From: Guillardia theta CCMP2712
Taxonomy: Eukaryota > Protista > Cryptophyta
Assembly: GCF_000315625.1 (NCBI RefSeq)
Contig: NW_005434645.1
Coordinates: 233,925 to 297,924, forward strand
Reading direction: 5' to 3'
DNA length: 64,000 bases
Below are positions 1 to 18,820 of the stretch, in pieces. A program made the translations under genes and the position numbers. The notes under the pieces were generated by a model. That model made no database searches. It saw nothing but the letters and a program-made list of their open reading frames with translations, and was not told where the DNA came from. Every line of letters starts with the position of its first letter. Positions within the stretch are counted from its first letter, which is position 1.

Positions 1-108
1 CAAGACACCCAAGAGATCAGGAAGGAGAGCGCATCACCAGTAATCACACGCAGAGATGTCTTCAGACGCATGCTTCAAGCTGGACGTGCCCCTGCCAAGA
101 GGTCAAAT

Positions 109-157
<49 letters not shown>

Positions 158-1984
158 GGCCCCCCCACACCTTCTCCTCCCCCCCCTTTCTCCTCTTCCA
201 TCCTTCACTCTCTCATCATCCAGGACAACCTGAAGTTGCCCATGAAGACATCGTAGCCTTTGTCGAAGGCACGGAATGCAAGACCGTCTGAAGCTCCACG
301 GGCCACGAAGCTGCAGAAGAGGCAGTTGAGACGAGGAAGCAGTGCGAGGAGACGAGGGGGAGAAAGAAGAGCGGCAAGAGGACCTGTAGCTCGAGTCCAT
401 GATGCCATGTTGCAAGAACATGACCTGAGGGCAACCAAGATCAGCTCGCCCTCATGCAAGTCATCCCACCTTGTCGGAGTTATGCCGAGGGAGGCGATGA
501 AGCTCCAATCGATAACCATCGGCCGTGTCCAGGATGATCTGTTGGAAGGGATAGCCTTCATCCCCGCATCAGCCACGAGCCAGTTCCGCACAACAAGACT
601 CGTCACCGACTCTCATGACAGCAGCTGAGAAATTGTGCTCCCTTCGAGGTGTGTGGGCACGAAACTTTCTCAAGGACAAGGTGGAGGACGACAGTTCTTT
701 CCTGCTCGCGCCGTTATCCTTCAATCTCCCTCAGCAGGAGCCCTGCTGTTGCTGACCTGTACGTCAGCTCGTCCTCCTCCCGAATCTGCCTGTTGTAGTC
801 CCTCGACCCGAGCACTGAATGCAGGAACCTGGCCGGCTCACGTCAGACCCGGCGGGCCTGCGGCGGCTCCTCTACGTCACCTGCGGATCATCCAGCAGAT
901 CCACTCGAGGGTGAGATGAATCCTGAGCTGAACGTCCTCCAGCAGGCCGGTGGAGACCTCGTGGTCCAACTCCACCTCCCTGCTCCCACTTGTTAAGATC
1001 TCCTCCTCCTCCTCCTCTCTCGCCACCCTGCTTCTCCCCATCTCCTTTCCCTCCTCCCTCCATGCCCCCCCCCCTCCCCCTCCCCCTCCTCCTCGAGACA
1101 ACTTGGCAGAGCTTTCTTCGCTTTGTCCCAGCAGTCGAGCAAGCCGTTGAGCTCTTGACCCCATCCCAGGGAGCCACATCAGCGCCAGATGCAGCATGCT
1201 GACGATGCGGTCGACTACCCAGTATACGAGGTCCTGCCAGGAGGTCAGAGGGCACAGACCTTGTACGTCTTCACTCCCTCCATACCCGCAGCAGCCCGAA
1301 GAGCCTCCTTGGCAGCGGGTGCATCTCCGTCCCCACCGATGTCTCCGACACACTATCAAACATCCTGCTCTTCTCTGCGCTCTGCCTCCCCGACTCGTTG
1401 GACTGCACGTAGCTGCAGAGGAGGCGTGAGCAGCGTGCAGGAAGGGAGGAGCAGGAGCGTTCAGTCACCTGTCGAACGCAACCTTGGACCCTACAGTGCC
1501 GAGCTCTTGTCAGTGAAAGGGGAGAAGCGATCAGGAGCGAGACCTTTGGACCCGTTCTTTGCCGTCTCATCGATGAAAAGGGATGCAAACCCCGACACTG
1601 CACGTCAAGGGTTCAGATCAGCCGCATCCCTCCCTCCACCCACCTCTCTTGCTCTTGTGATCCCTCGATTGCGCAGAGGGCCCCGACCTGATCCTGTTCC
1701 TTCGAGCTGCATAGTACCTGTCGTTGTTCACCACCTGCATCAATGCTGCACACACGTCAAGAGAGATCGCCATGCTGGTGTTTGCACCTGCAGAGAAAGC
1801 GAGGACAATCTGCTGTCCTAGTCGAAAGTTCTCTCTGACCAGTGCCTTGCAAAGCTCTGTGCTCCCGACCACAAACCTGTCGGACGCGTAGAGCAGGCGT
1901 TTTCTGATCCCCATGGCGGCGCCAGGTCTCTTCAAGAAGAGCGAAGGCTTGTCATTCTATACATGTCCCCGGGCTCTCATCCAT
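1..1984 (-). CDS. AB-hydrolase triacylglycerol/steryl-ester lipase (lysosomal/gastric lipase-like), spliced, 3' end outside window
   Basis: Spliced exons give GYPFQQIILDTADGYRLELHRLP (Abhydro_lipase motif), FLQHGIMDSS, VARGASDGLAFRAFDKGYDVFMGNFR|GTSSLKH...DYW. Start codon is approximate. Confidence 0.85.
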
Positions 1985-2556
1985 CGGCCAAGTTGACCAT
2001 GATCGCTGGGATGAATGAAGTTAGTCTGGGGAACTAGTCAAACCTGAACCAAGACTTTCTGTGGTTCAAGATAACATTCATCCTACTCACACTCAAAACA
2101 TGTCCCCAAATCTATATGTGTTCCTGTTCCTGCTGCTCCTGCTGCTCCTGCTGCTCCTGCTGCTCCTGCTGCTCCTGCTGCTCCTGCTGCTCCTGCTGCT
2201 CCTGCTGCTCCTGCTGATCCTGCTGATCCTGCTGCTCCTGCTGCTCCTGCTGATTTGCTTCGTCCTCCATGTTCCCTCGCGCCATCGGGATGCATTGAGA
2301 ATACCCCACCCCTCGAAAGTGCAAACATTGCTTCAACATGTACCCTCTCTATCCTTCACACACCGGGTGATATCTCGTAAACATTGATGAATAATGTAGG
2401 GTAGTGGTCACTACCCCCACCTTACTTCTACCTCAACAAGGGGGTGCATGGATGTCAGACTTTGTGAGTCATTCATGGTGGTTTTGTGGAAGCAGCGGAG
2501 GAGGGAGGGGAGGAGGAGAGAGACAGGCGGTCAGGTTAGCAGCAAGCATGATCGGG

Positions 2557-2587
<31 letters not shown>

Positions 2588-2706
2588 AGGATGGAGAGAG
2601 ACGACGCAATTGTTGACAGAGTCTCTGACCTCTCCTCTCCCTTTCTCCGATCGTGATTGAGATACCTTCCAGATGCGTGTCCGACCTCTATGATGGGAGT
2701 GCGACG

Positions 2707-8739
<6,033 letters not shown>

Positions 8740-8974
8740 GCTCTTGGTGAGTTTTCCTGACTTGTGCTGAACCTCTGACTCTGATGATGATGATGACAAC
8801 ACAACGACGACGTAGAACGTTTGCAACGGAGATGTGAGTTGTGGTTCTTGACGATATTGTTCCCCCATGATTGTATGAGCGCAGGTCAACGCGGCCATGG
8901 CTATCTTGCTAGATGAAGACTGTGAATGAAAATATTCTTTTCCCATGCTCCTGATCGAGTCCCCCCATCGCCTC

Positions 8975-10169
8975 TCATCTGCCTCGTACTTCGCATCTTT
9001 CCTTGTGCTCTTGATGTTTGCTGCAAGTCCGGCAGAGGAACGATCTAGTATGACATTCAGTGAGCTTGCAGAACGACTAGATTCCGGTTGCTAGACCTAT
9101 TTCCCAAGAGGGTCAAGTCATTCTCGAAAGCTGACAACAGCTTCTCTGACACGATCGGTTTGTTCCTCCAATCTTGATATCTGACAATACACGAGATGGT
9201 ATCAACATCGTCAAGAGAAGGAGAGGGACGAGGATGCAGGAGCAGTGTGCCAATCTCACCTGTCGTAAAGGTCGGGATTGGAATCAACCTGTGGATATGG
9301 CAGTCATCGAAGGAGTTGTTTGACGTTTGATGTCAACACTGTGAAGGTTTCATTCTTCGCATTCTTCACCTTCTTGACAAACTCGGCCAATTCTTGTGGA
9401 CTGTGAAAGTCAAGCGCGTCGATGAAAGAATGACTGAGAAACAGTGTGAGGAGAGAGGAGGAGGAGAGGAGAGGAGAGAGGAGAGGAGAGAGGAGAGGAG
9501 AGGGGAGGAGGAGAGGAGAGGAGAGGAGAGAGAGAGAGAGAGGAGAGAGAGGAGAGAGGAGAGGAGAGGAGAGGAGAGGAGAGGAGATGAGAGAGGAGAG
9601 GAGAGAGGAGNNNNNNNNNNNNNNNNNNNNNNNNNNNNNNNNNNNNNNNNNNNNNNNNNNNNNNNNNNNNNNNNNNNNNNNNNNNNNNNNNNNNNNNNNN
9701 NNNNNNNNNNTCCACAAGGAGCAAGAGAGGAAGCGAGAGGAGAATGGAGGAAAGGGTGATTGAGACAACGACAGAGTGACAGAGAGGCAGAGAAAGACAA
9801 CAAGTAGAATGGAAGCCGAGAATGTGAAGTGAGGAAGGAAAATGAGCAGGAGCAGGAGAAGGAGAAGGTGGAAGGGGATGAAGGAAACAAAAGAAGTCTG
9901 TCACTTTGGGGCAAAGTCCTTGGCGTTTGGAGCTCCCAGATAAATCATGACTGATGGGATCATAAAACCTGCAAGTGTTTGGAATCAGACAGCAAATTTG
10001 ATGCTTGTTGTGGTCGTGAAAGGGGGTGGGGCAGGAGGAGGAGCAGGATGATGATGGTGATGATGATGGTGGTGGTGGTGGTGGTGGAGGAGGAGGTGGT
10101 GGTGGTGATGATGATGATAGAGATGATGATAGAAATGATGATAGAAATGATGATAGAAATGATGATGAA

Positions 10170-10231
<62 letters not shown>

Positions 10232-10837
10232 AATGAGGAGGAGGAGGAGGAGATAGTGGTGGTGGTGATGGTAGGCAGAACAAACCTTGGTAGAACTTTT
10301 CGGAGAGATAATCTTTCATGATCTTGAAAACATGTCACATGCATTGTACTGGTGATCAGGCATAAAAATTCACAGTGTTTTCAATGGCCAGGGAGAATCG
10401 ATACTGAGACGAAACAAGCATCTTCGAAATCCCACCTGCCAATAACAACACAACATTCACAATCGTCAACCCTCCATCTTCTCCTCCACTCACGATCTTT
10501 CTTTGCCACCTCATTGAGTGCTTCCGGAAAATCAAAATTTCGCTCCTCTGCATTCTTGTAGCAAGAGCCGTAGGAATCGACCTGCCCATGATATCAACTC
10601 AATTCTTTTCTCCCTCAACTTCAACATCCACCGAGATGTATTTCATGAATTTGAACAAGAAGTTATCGTGCCTGCTGCATGTCGCCGATACAAATCTGAG
10701 AAATCTCTTAACTCTCGAAACTGACACTGTAAGATCTACACACGTTGCAACCAGACTGTTATTCCGCGAAGATCTGTACCGCATGATGGATAACTGAAAA
10801 CAAGATCAATCTTTCTCCTCCTTCTCTTTCTCCTCCA

Positions 10838-10876
<39 letters not shown>

Positions 10877-12441
10877 TGGAAACATCATCATTGGAAACAT
10901 CATCATTGGAAACATCATCATTGGAAACATCATTGGAAACATCACTTGCATCGTCGTATCGATCCCGGTATCTATCAACATCCTCATCATCTCCATCATG
11001 ACATGCAAGACGGTTCGATTATCATTGCCATACTCGCTCTGGGAAAGCATTGAGTGCTGAAGAAACATATCTCGACAGCCCCTCTCCATGGCTGCAGTTG
11101 CTACATGTGATCGATGCTGAGTTGTACAGGCAGGATCTGCGATTGGATCGCATTCGCGTTCTCAGATACATGAATCCATGCAATCGTCTGTTACATGTCT
11201 CGTATCGTCGCATTAGAACCTGCCATGATATGATCAGTGAACGATGATGAGGATGATGATGAGGAGGATGAGGATGAGGATGAGGATGAGGATGAGGATG
11301 AGGAGAAGTAGTATGAGGAGGAGAAGTAGGAGGATGATAATGAGAATCAGACTGAGGAGGAGGAGGAGGAGAGGTAGTATGAAGAGGAGGAGGAGGAGGA
11401 GGAGGAGAGGAACATTCTTTCTTACATCCGGTGAACTTCGTCGTGATGTAGGCGTACGACACCGGAACGTCCGACTCCTCCTGCACCCCCGCCAGGATGT
11501 CCGTCCCTGCAGAAATTTCTTCTTATCAGCGCATCTCCAACGATCCACCATGGAGACAAGCTACTCGCAAGTGACTTGTCCCAGATGCTGTGAGCTTCAA
11601 GATTCAACGCCGCTGTCATCTTCAACATGACACACAACCTCATTAGTCCTCCAGGTCAACAAGCAGCGCCATCAGAAACTCCTTCCCTCCTCCCTCCTCC
11701 TCCTCCTCCTCCTCCCCCCCATCCCTCCTCCTCCTTCCCTCCTCCCGCAGACACCTGGTTCGTTCGGACCACCGTGTCCCCAGTCACCATCAAGTTGTAA
11801 ATGAGCACGTCAGCGTCTTCGAGGCGTCCAGTGATCGCACATCCCAAGCAGCTGGGCTCATGGTCGTCAGCTCAGTCCAGCAGCTCTCAGAGCCTCTCAC
11901 TCCCTGATGCTTGCGTTGGACAACCATATCGCTCCTGCTCCATACCTGCCCTCCAGTATCACCTCCGGCCATAGGGCAGGGCCATTCAACAAGCAGCGGC
12001 TCCTACCACTTGAACAAGTCGGGATGGAGCCACAGCCTCGTGACTTCGTTCCTGGCGTCCAGAGTTTGAGATTTTCGTTGACGCCCCTTGCAGTCCCTCC
12101 TGGCCCTCCTACTCGTCACGTCAGCCATGACCTGTTGGACGTCGAGAACAACTGACATTCTCCTCCTCTCTACTGCAGTAGCGATTTTGTTTCCATAGCG
12201 GCAGAGAGACGGGTTTCGCACGCAGAAGGCATTCTTGGCGCGATACTGAGCGCTCAGAAGTCAGGCATGTCGGCCATTGAGGATTCAAACCTTGCTGCTG
12301 TGCTGGATAATGAACAGTTCGTTGCTGCATAACACAAACACATGTAAGAGAAAAGAAAATCGTGTTGCCCTTGGGACGCACCTGAGGAATCCCAAAGATG
12401 ATGCAGATGCGAGTATCAGAGCAGCAAGTATCTAACGCCAT
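8975..12441 (-). CDS. alpha-1,3/4-fucosyltransferase, glycosyltransferase family 10
   Basis: Exons give SQYRFSLAIENT, KDYLSEKFYQG, VMIYLGAPNAKDFAPK, HSFIDALDFHSPQELAEFV and a terminal FLCRTC, all GT10 hallmarks. N-terminal CAITGRLEDADVLIY. Start is approximate. Confidence 0.9.
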
Positions 12442-13312
12442 GAATCAAGTCGATCCTCCCTTTGCCTCAAATTCTCATTTCCCTGTCCTGCCTTTGCCCT
12501 TTCCTTTCCTGTCATGCCTTGACTTGCCCTCCCAACAACTGTCGTGTCCTATCCTGCCCTCATCTGGCCATCTTCCCTCCTCCTCCTCCTCCTCCTCCAC
12601 CACCACCACCTCCACTTCCTCTTCTTCTACCTCCACTCTTTCCCTTCCCTCCATTCCTTCCTTCATGCCCATCACGTGGAAGCCACTTTTCTTCCGGATT
12701 GAAATTCATCCACTGATTACACACAGTAGGGTTGGGTTGATTATCATCCATTACAGAGAGATATTGTTGCTCTGCAATAACCAGGGTAAATAGTCCTCGT
12801 AAAGTTCTGAAAGTTCTAGGAGGTCCCCCCGATCGCTCTAGGTTAAAGTTCGATAGATAAAAAGAGAAGCTGTAGATCTACCCCTCCCCCGAGCGGAGGA
12901 AAGGATACTGAAGCGCAGGATGGTGATCCTGATTCATAANNNNNNNNNNNNNNNNNNNNNNNNNNNNNNNNNNNNNNNNNNNNNNNNNNNNNNNNNNNNN
13001 NNNNNNNNNNNNNNNNNNNNNNNNNNNNNNNNNNNNNNNCTCTTCCTCCTCCTCCTCCTCCTCCTCCTCCTCCTCCTCCTCCTCCTCCTCCTCCTCCTCC
13101 TCCTCTCCTTCCCTCCCCTCCCTTTCTCCCTTCATGTCCATCACCTGCCATCGTCGCTTCTTCCGCATTTCAATGCCCCGACAGATTCTAGACCCTAGGG
13201 TGGGGTGTATTATCACCGGTACCACAGACCCCTTGTTGCTCATCAGAAGTATGGTAGGGTATTTTGAAAAGTCTTGAAGGGGGGGTGGAGGGTGCTCCTC
13301 GGGCCTGGAAGA

Positions 13313-13371
13313 ATGCGATGGTTGCTAGGGATGGTTGCTGTGCTGGTCATCGCCGGGGGCGAGGCGAAAGG

Positions 13372-13407
<36 letters not shown>

Positions 13408-15739
13408 AAGCGGCAGCCAAGGAGGAGGATGGTAAGTCGCAAGAGTAAGAGCAAGATGAACATCAGATCTGCGATGGTGCATGCCAGTCCAAGTCGATGT
13501 GACCTATATGATGTCGATCGGGGCATGTTGGTGGAGAAACCGAATGGCTGAGCACAAATCAGCATCCTCGTGAATCGTTTAGCTCTCCTCCCCTTGTCAC
13601 TCTGCTCCTCTTGTCCTCTTCCTCCCTCTTTCTCCCTATGCCTTCCTCTTCGATGTGCCCCCACGTGGTGTGTATGCGCTTGTCAAGCATGGCCTGTCTG
13701 TTCCTCTTTGAGTCGAACCTTCAATGCAGGACGAGCCATCGCCGCAGGTTTGCTCTCCCTCTTGCCATGACCGAGCCTATGCTACTCAACCAGGGGGAGA
13801 ACTCCAAGAGCAAGAAGCTCGCAGCATCAATGAACGATGAGAGGATCGTCCTGCGAAATGCGCACAGCCAGGAGCAAATTAGCATCGAGGACAAGTCACA
13901 TCCTCCAAAGGGTCCAGGGCGAGCCGTTCTCCCTGATCGTGCCATCGTGGCACTGTTTCCCGTTGGCACGCAGCTTGCTAACGGGCTGCGGCACCTGAGC
14001 ACGTGAGTCGTTGGGCATGGCAGCGACGGAGGTTCACGTTCTTCAATATGACAGGTGCAGCATTCTTGCGGAGAAGTCGGGCAGAGAGCTGCTTGTAGGT
14101 GATGACCAACATCAGACATCTTGGCATGTTGTTGACATGTTCTGTTGGTGAGAAGACCCGTCAAAGTCCATCTGCGCAGCTTTCTTCGCGCGGTTCCTTC
14201 CGAGCTGCTTCAGGCAGGTACTACACGCGCAATGGACGGCGGTTAGCCTTGCGCTGATTGTTCTGCTATCAAGGTCAACCATGATGACTTGTCGGAACAA
14301 TGCTCCTTGCAGCACGAGGTTTGGCATGCGAAGGGGGGGGGAGGGCGGGCTTCTGAAGGCGACTCAGGAATCGGCCTACGACTTTCTGAGCCAAGATGTT
14401 CGTACAAACTGGCATCCCATCGTAGAGGTAGAGCTTCACTTGGACATGTTCTTTTCGAGTGAAGACACTCAGGGGAGCTGCAACATTTCGAAGCTGGAAA
14501 GCAACAGGACGGCGATTTCTTCCATCTACGCTGTGATAGCACAATTGCCCTTGCAGACGGTTGAGGAGTCCCTGACAGTGCCAGTTCAGATCAAGCCCCT
14601 GGGAATGAGGGACAGTGAGTACATCCGTGCGAAGATAGAGTTCTACGGGTCCCTATCCCCTCTTTGCTATGCAGCCGATCCTGACTTGCCCATGTGACAG
14701 AAAGCTCAAGTGGGTGGGGGACATGAAGGAGAAAGCAAGGTTTCGCCTTCTTCATATCTCCCCTCTCGTCTCATTTTCTACCGTCTCAGGGGCTACATAG
14801 AGAACATGCGGGCGACGCTCGAAGCAGGTGCGACGCTGCTGTGATGCTCAGCTTGCGCGTCGTTTCACACCATCATTGCGTCAGGCAAAGTCATCGGCGT
14901 GCACATACGATACACGGACAACCTACGTCTGTCTTGTTGGCACATGTCGGTGGTGCTCACGAGGTCTGCAGATGATGAGAACAAGAAGAAAGCCGGGCTG
15001 AACACCCAGCTCAAAGACTTCTTGAAGATCGTGAGACATCTTCATCATCCTTCCGAAGAGCTCGTGCCTTCTGACCGCCCTCACAGCTGGGCCATACAGT
15101 GCAGAGGTACAAGAAGGACAACAAGGTTGTCCCGCTCCTAGTCTGCTCCGACAACATCAACGTGCAAGGCTTGGTTAAGAAGTTCCTGCCCCACGTTTAC
15201 TTTCCTCCCATGATCTCAAGAGGGAGATACTTGCAGGCACTTCTCCTCCCTCCTCCTCTTCCTCCCATCTCCCCCTCTTCTCCCTTCCTGCCTCCTTCCC
15301 ATCCCCCGCTCCTCCTTCCCCTCTCCTTCCCCTCTCCTCCTTCCCCTCTCCTTCTTCCCTGCTCCTCCTCCCCGCTCTTCTCTCCACCACCTCCCCCAAC
15401 CGCCCCCCCCTCCCTCCGAGCGCCTGACCTCTGGGGACTCTGTCCCCCTGCCGCTCTCCGTCTCCTCACCTTCCCTCCAGGCCCTCTTCGAGATGCTGCT
15501 GCTGGGGAGCTGCGACCTCATCATCGGGAGTACCTCCTCCACGTTCAGGTCAGTCCAGGATCGCAGGCTGCTGTCGATCGCCGTGCTGAGCAGAGGCCCG
15601 CAGCTACGAAGCAGCGTTCATCAACGGGGGAACGGACATCATGCTCTGCCATGAAGGTGATCCTCTAGAAGTCGCCCTACCCGTCCCACTGACGCTCTTG
15701 GAAGGGGTATGGCAGACTTGGCACATCGGGAGTGTGTGA
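13313..15739 (+). CDS. fucosyltransferase of the alpha-1,2/alpha-1,6/O-FucT superfamily (GT23/NodZ-like)
   Basis: Signal/anchor MRWLLGMVAVLVIAG; motif I VIGVHIRYTDN; motif II LLVCSDN; motif III ALFEMLLLGSCDLIIGSTSSTF-SYEAAFING. Confidence 0.8.
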
Positions 15740-16067
15740 GTGTATTTAAGAAAGCGGCATGTTATTTCGACCCCTCCTACACCTTGTTCCCTCTTCTACT
15801 CCACCTCCTTCTCCTCTCCTCTCCTCTCCTCTCCTCTCCTCCACCTCCGCTACTCCACCTCCTTCTCCTCCCCTCTCCTCCCCTCTCCTCCCCTCTCCTC
15901 CCTACACCACCTTCTCGACTCCATCTCCTCTCGTCTCCCTTCCTCTTCTCTCGTCTCCCTCCTTGCTTCCTTTGCTCCTTTCACACGCACACCCCTCATG
16001 CCTTCCTCGCTTCCCGTTTGTTCCAATCTCGACTCTGTTTCATCTCATTCTACACTCAAATCCTCCT

Positions 16068-16780
16068 TCACCCCTCATGCTCAATCTCCTTTCCTTGGCC
16101 CCCATCTCCTCTTTCTCCCCTCCCTTCATCTCCTCCCCTCTCATCTTTTCCCTCATCCTTCCTCCTCTTGGGTACAGGCGCCTTGCTGTTCTCACGGGCA
16201 TAGAACTTCTTGAAGAGCTCTATAGCCTCCTGCTCGTGTACTCCAGCTCGCACCTGGTAGCTCGCAAACCCGACAGCACGCAGCTGCGAGTCGCTCTCAT
16301 GCATGCACATAACCGAACCGTTCCCTCCAAACTTGTCGTTGCAGCATCCGAAGACCGCTCTCTCCCTGCCAACACTCTCAGCATCCTCCCCTGCCCTGCC
16401 CCGCAGGCATCCGTCCAGACTTACAACCCGAGCATCGCAAGCGCAGAGGCACACATGATACAGGGCTCGCATGTCACGTACAGCGTACAGCCAGCAAGCA
16501 GCTGCTGCGCCCAGAGATTGTCTCCGCCCTCCTCCACGAGCGAGTCGATCGCCACCATCTCAGCATGGCGCGTAGCGTCCATGCGCTCGTTGGTCTTGTT
16601 GTGCCCTCGGGCGATCACGACTCCTCCCCTCACCATGACGCAGCCAACTGGAACTTCTCCCTCCTCGAGCGCCTTCTTCGCCTCCTCTTCTGCGAGCGCC
16701 ATCATCTCGTCCTCCTCCTCCTCCCGCCCCCTCTCGCTCCCCCCCATGCCGCCCCCTGTGCCGACCATGAGGCCGGCCAT
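16068..16780 (-). CDS. ADAT2: tRNA-specific adenosine-34 deaminase catalytic subunit (TadA/Tad2 family), one intron ~16366-16424
   Basis: GEVPVGCVMV, HAEMVAID, LYVTCEPCIMCASAL, FGCCNDKFGGNGSV, FKKFYARENSKAP. Confidence 0.93.
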
Positions 16781-17052
16781 GGCCGATGTCTAGCTAGGTA
16801 ACACGGAGTTGCCAAATTTGCTATCCAGATGGCGGGAATGCGAAGGCTTCAGCGAGTCGTGTGGTGATGGAGGTGGCAGGCAGAGGGGAGAAGCGACAAG
16901 GCTGAGGGGAGGGAGAGGAGGAGGAGGAGAGGAGAGGAGAGGAGAGGAGAGGAGGGGAGGGGAGAGGTAGATTAGAGAGGAGAGGAGACGATACGAAGCA
17001 GGTGGGCAGGTAGGCAGGCAGGCAGAGCAGAGGATAGAGTGACCAGTGCGAG

Positions 17053-17584
17053 ATGAACTTGTCGACGAAGGAGAAGAAGGAGGGGGAGCAGGTGAGTCGC
17101 CGACGAGTCGCCTGATGTCCCTCACCTCATACTTATCCCTCTCCCAAGGCGTCGAGGTCGGGTCAGCACGCAGAGGCGAGGCTGTCGCAGGAGGAGTATC
17201 TGGACAAGTTGTTGCTGCCCCCTGCTCCCTGCTCCCTGCTCCCTGCTCCCCCGGCTCCCCCTGCTCCCCCTGCTCCCGCTCCCTGCTCCCTGCTCCCCTG
17301 AACCCTCCGAGATCAGGTTCGGCGTCAACGTTTACCTCAAGGACTGCATCACGCTCGTCCTCGAAAACCGGCCGGAGAAGCCGCTGGAGTTCATAGCAGA
17401 CTACCTCAACAACGCTCTTCATGTGAGCTGCTGGCGAGGATGGGCGATCTTTGACCAGGACGTGCAGGGGAAATCTTCGACCCAGCGATCATACCGATAC
17501 ATCCGTTTGACCAGAAGGAACAGGCAGGCATTCATGGATAACTTGGCCTCTGCGTATTTCACATTGGTCAGGTGATAGAGATTG

Positions 17585-17631
<47 letters not shown>

Positions 17632-17659
17632 ACTGCTACTGCTACTGCGCCTACTCCTA

Positions 17660-17690
<31 letters not shown>

Positions 17691-18800
17691 AACTCCTTTC
17701 CTCCATCCTAGAGCCCTCTTCTCTTTTCCTCATACCTTGCCCTTCCTCTTTTGCTGCTCTTCACAGTATCCTGATGCGCCTGGTAGGCATAGCGAGATGC
17801 AGGGTCAGAGCGGGCTGACAGGAGCACAATATCTCAGCCTTATCAAGCTCTTCTGCAGTGACTTTCCTCCTGAAGTGATCGAGTCCTTGACCAAGGTGAG
17901 GAGCGTGTGCTAGTGCCGCTGCCGCTGCCGATGGGGAGAGGGGGGGAGTCGCTGGCTGAGAGGAGCACGGGAGACGATGAGGACGAAGAGGCTCTACTGA
18001 CGTCCTCGGCCGTCCCCAGGTGATGGACAAGAAGACTTCGGAGAGCATCTCCTTCTCTTACTTCGCCGCGGGCATCAATGCCTGCCTCATGTACGAGGTG
18101 AGTGGGAGGGCGGGGGCGATGGAGAGGGCGGGGAGGTAAGGCTGATCCATCTCATGGCAGGAATTCTTCGAGCATGCTGAGTATATCTTCAACTCGTGCG
18201 ACGTCGATGCGAAGGGTCCGACACGCTTGTTCCCTCCCTCCTGCTCCTGTCCCTCACTTCCTGCTCCTGCCTCCTTTCTCCCTCTCCCACAACTTCTTCA
18301 AGTTCTGTTCTTCTCTTCCACCCTCCACCCACTCCTCCTCACCTGCTCCTCGACTCTCCATGTCCTCTCTCGACCCTCACTGCTCCTGCAGGGCAAGTGG
18401 ACTACGACGTTTTCATCAGCATCTTGCGCCAGATGAATCAGAGCTCTTCTGACGTACTGCATGAGGTCAGTGAAGCTATCCCCTGCTGCGCAACCCCAGC
18501 TGAGATCTAGCTCGTCTGGTCGATCCGGCTGATGTCGCTCACTGCCAACAGAGTGAAGGATGGAACATCCCGAGTTGCAAACTCTTGGATTCTGCGCGAA
18601 ATGTGCTAGGTGAGAAGCTGCCTCCTCCTGCTCCTCCTCACTGAAGCTTTGCCAGCGGCGCGAGAGCGAGGCGCGGAGAACAAGAATGTCACTTATAAGG
18701 TTTACAAAATCTTTACTATCACATCAAAAATCACAAAAGCAAGCAGGAATTCATCATGGCAGTCATCAAGATATTTGTGCTCCGCAATGAAAACAAGTAA
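17053..18800 (+). CDS. TPGS1: tubulin polyglutamylase complex subunit 1-like (TPGS1/C11orf49 family), multi-exon
   Basis: RIIa/Dpy-30-like VYLKDCITLVLENRPEKPLEFIADYL, then RQAFMDNLASAYFTL, GLTGAQYLSLIKLFCSDFPPEVIESLTK and ISFSYFAAGINACLMYEEFF, matching the TPGS1 pattern. Confidence 0.75.
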
Positions 18801-18820
18801 AAACCTCACTCCGCCACTCT

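Noticed and set aside
9446-9610. (GGAGA)n tracts as telomeric repeats
   Set aside because: They are irregular, intronic and recur internally at many sites.
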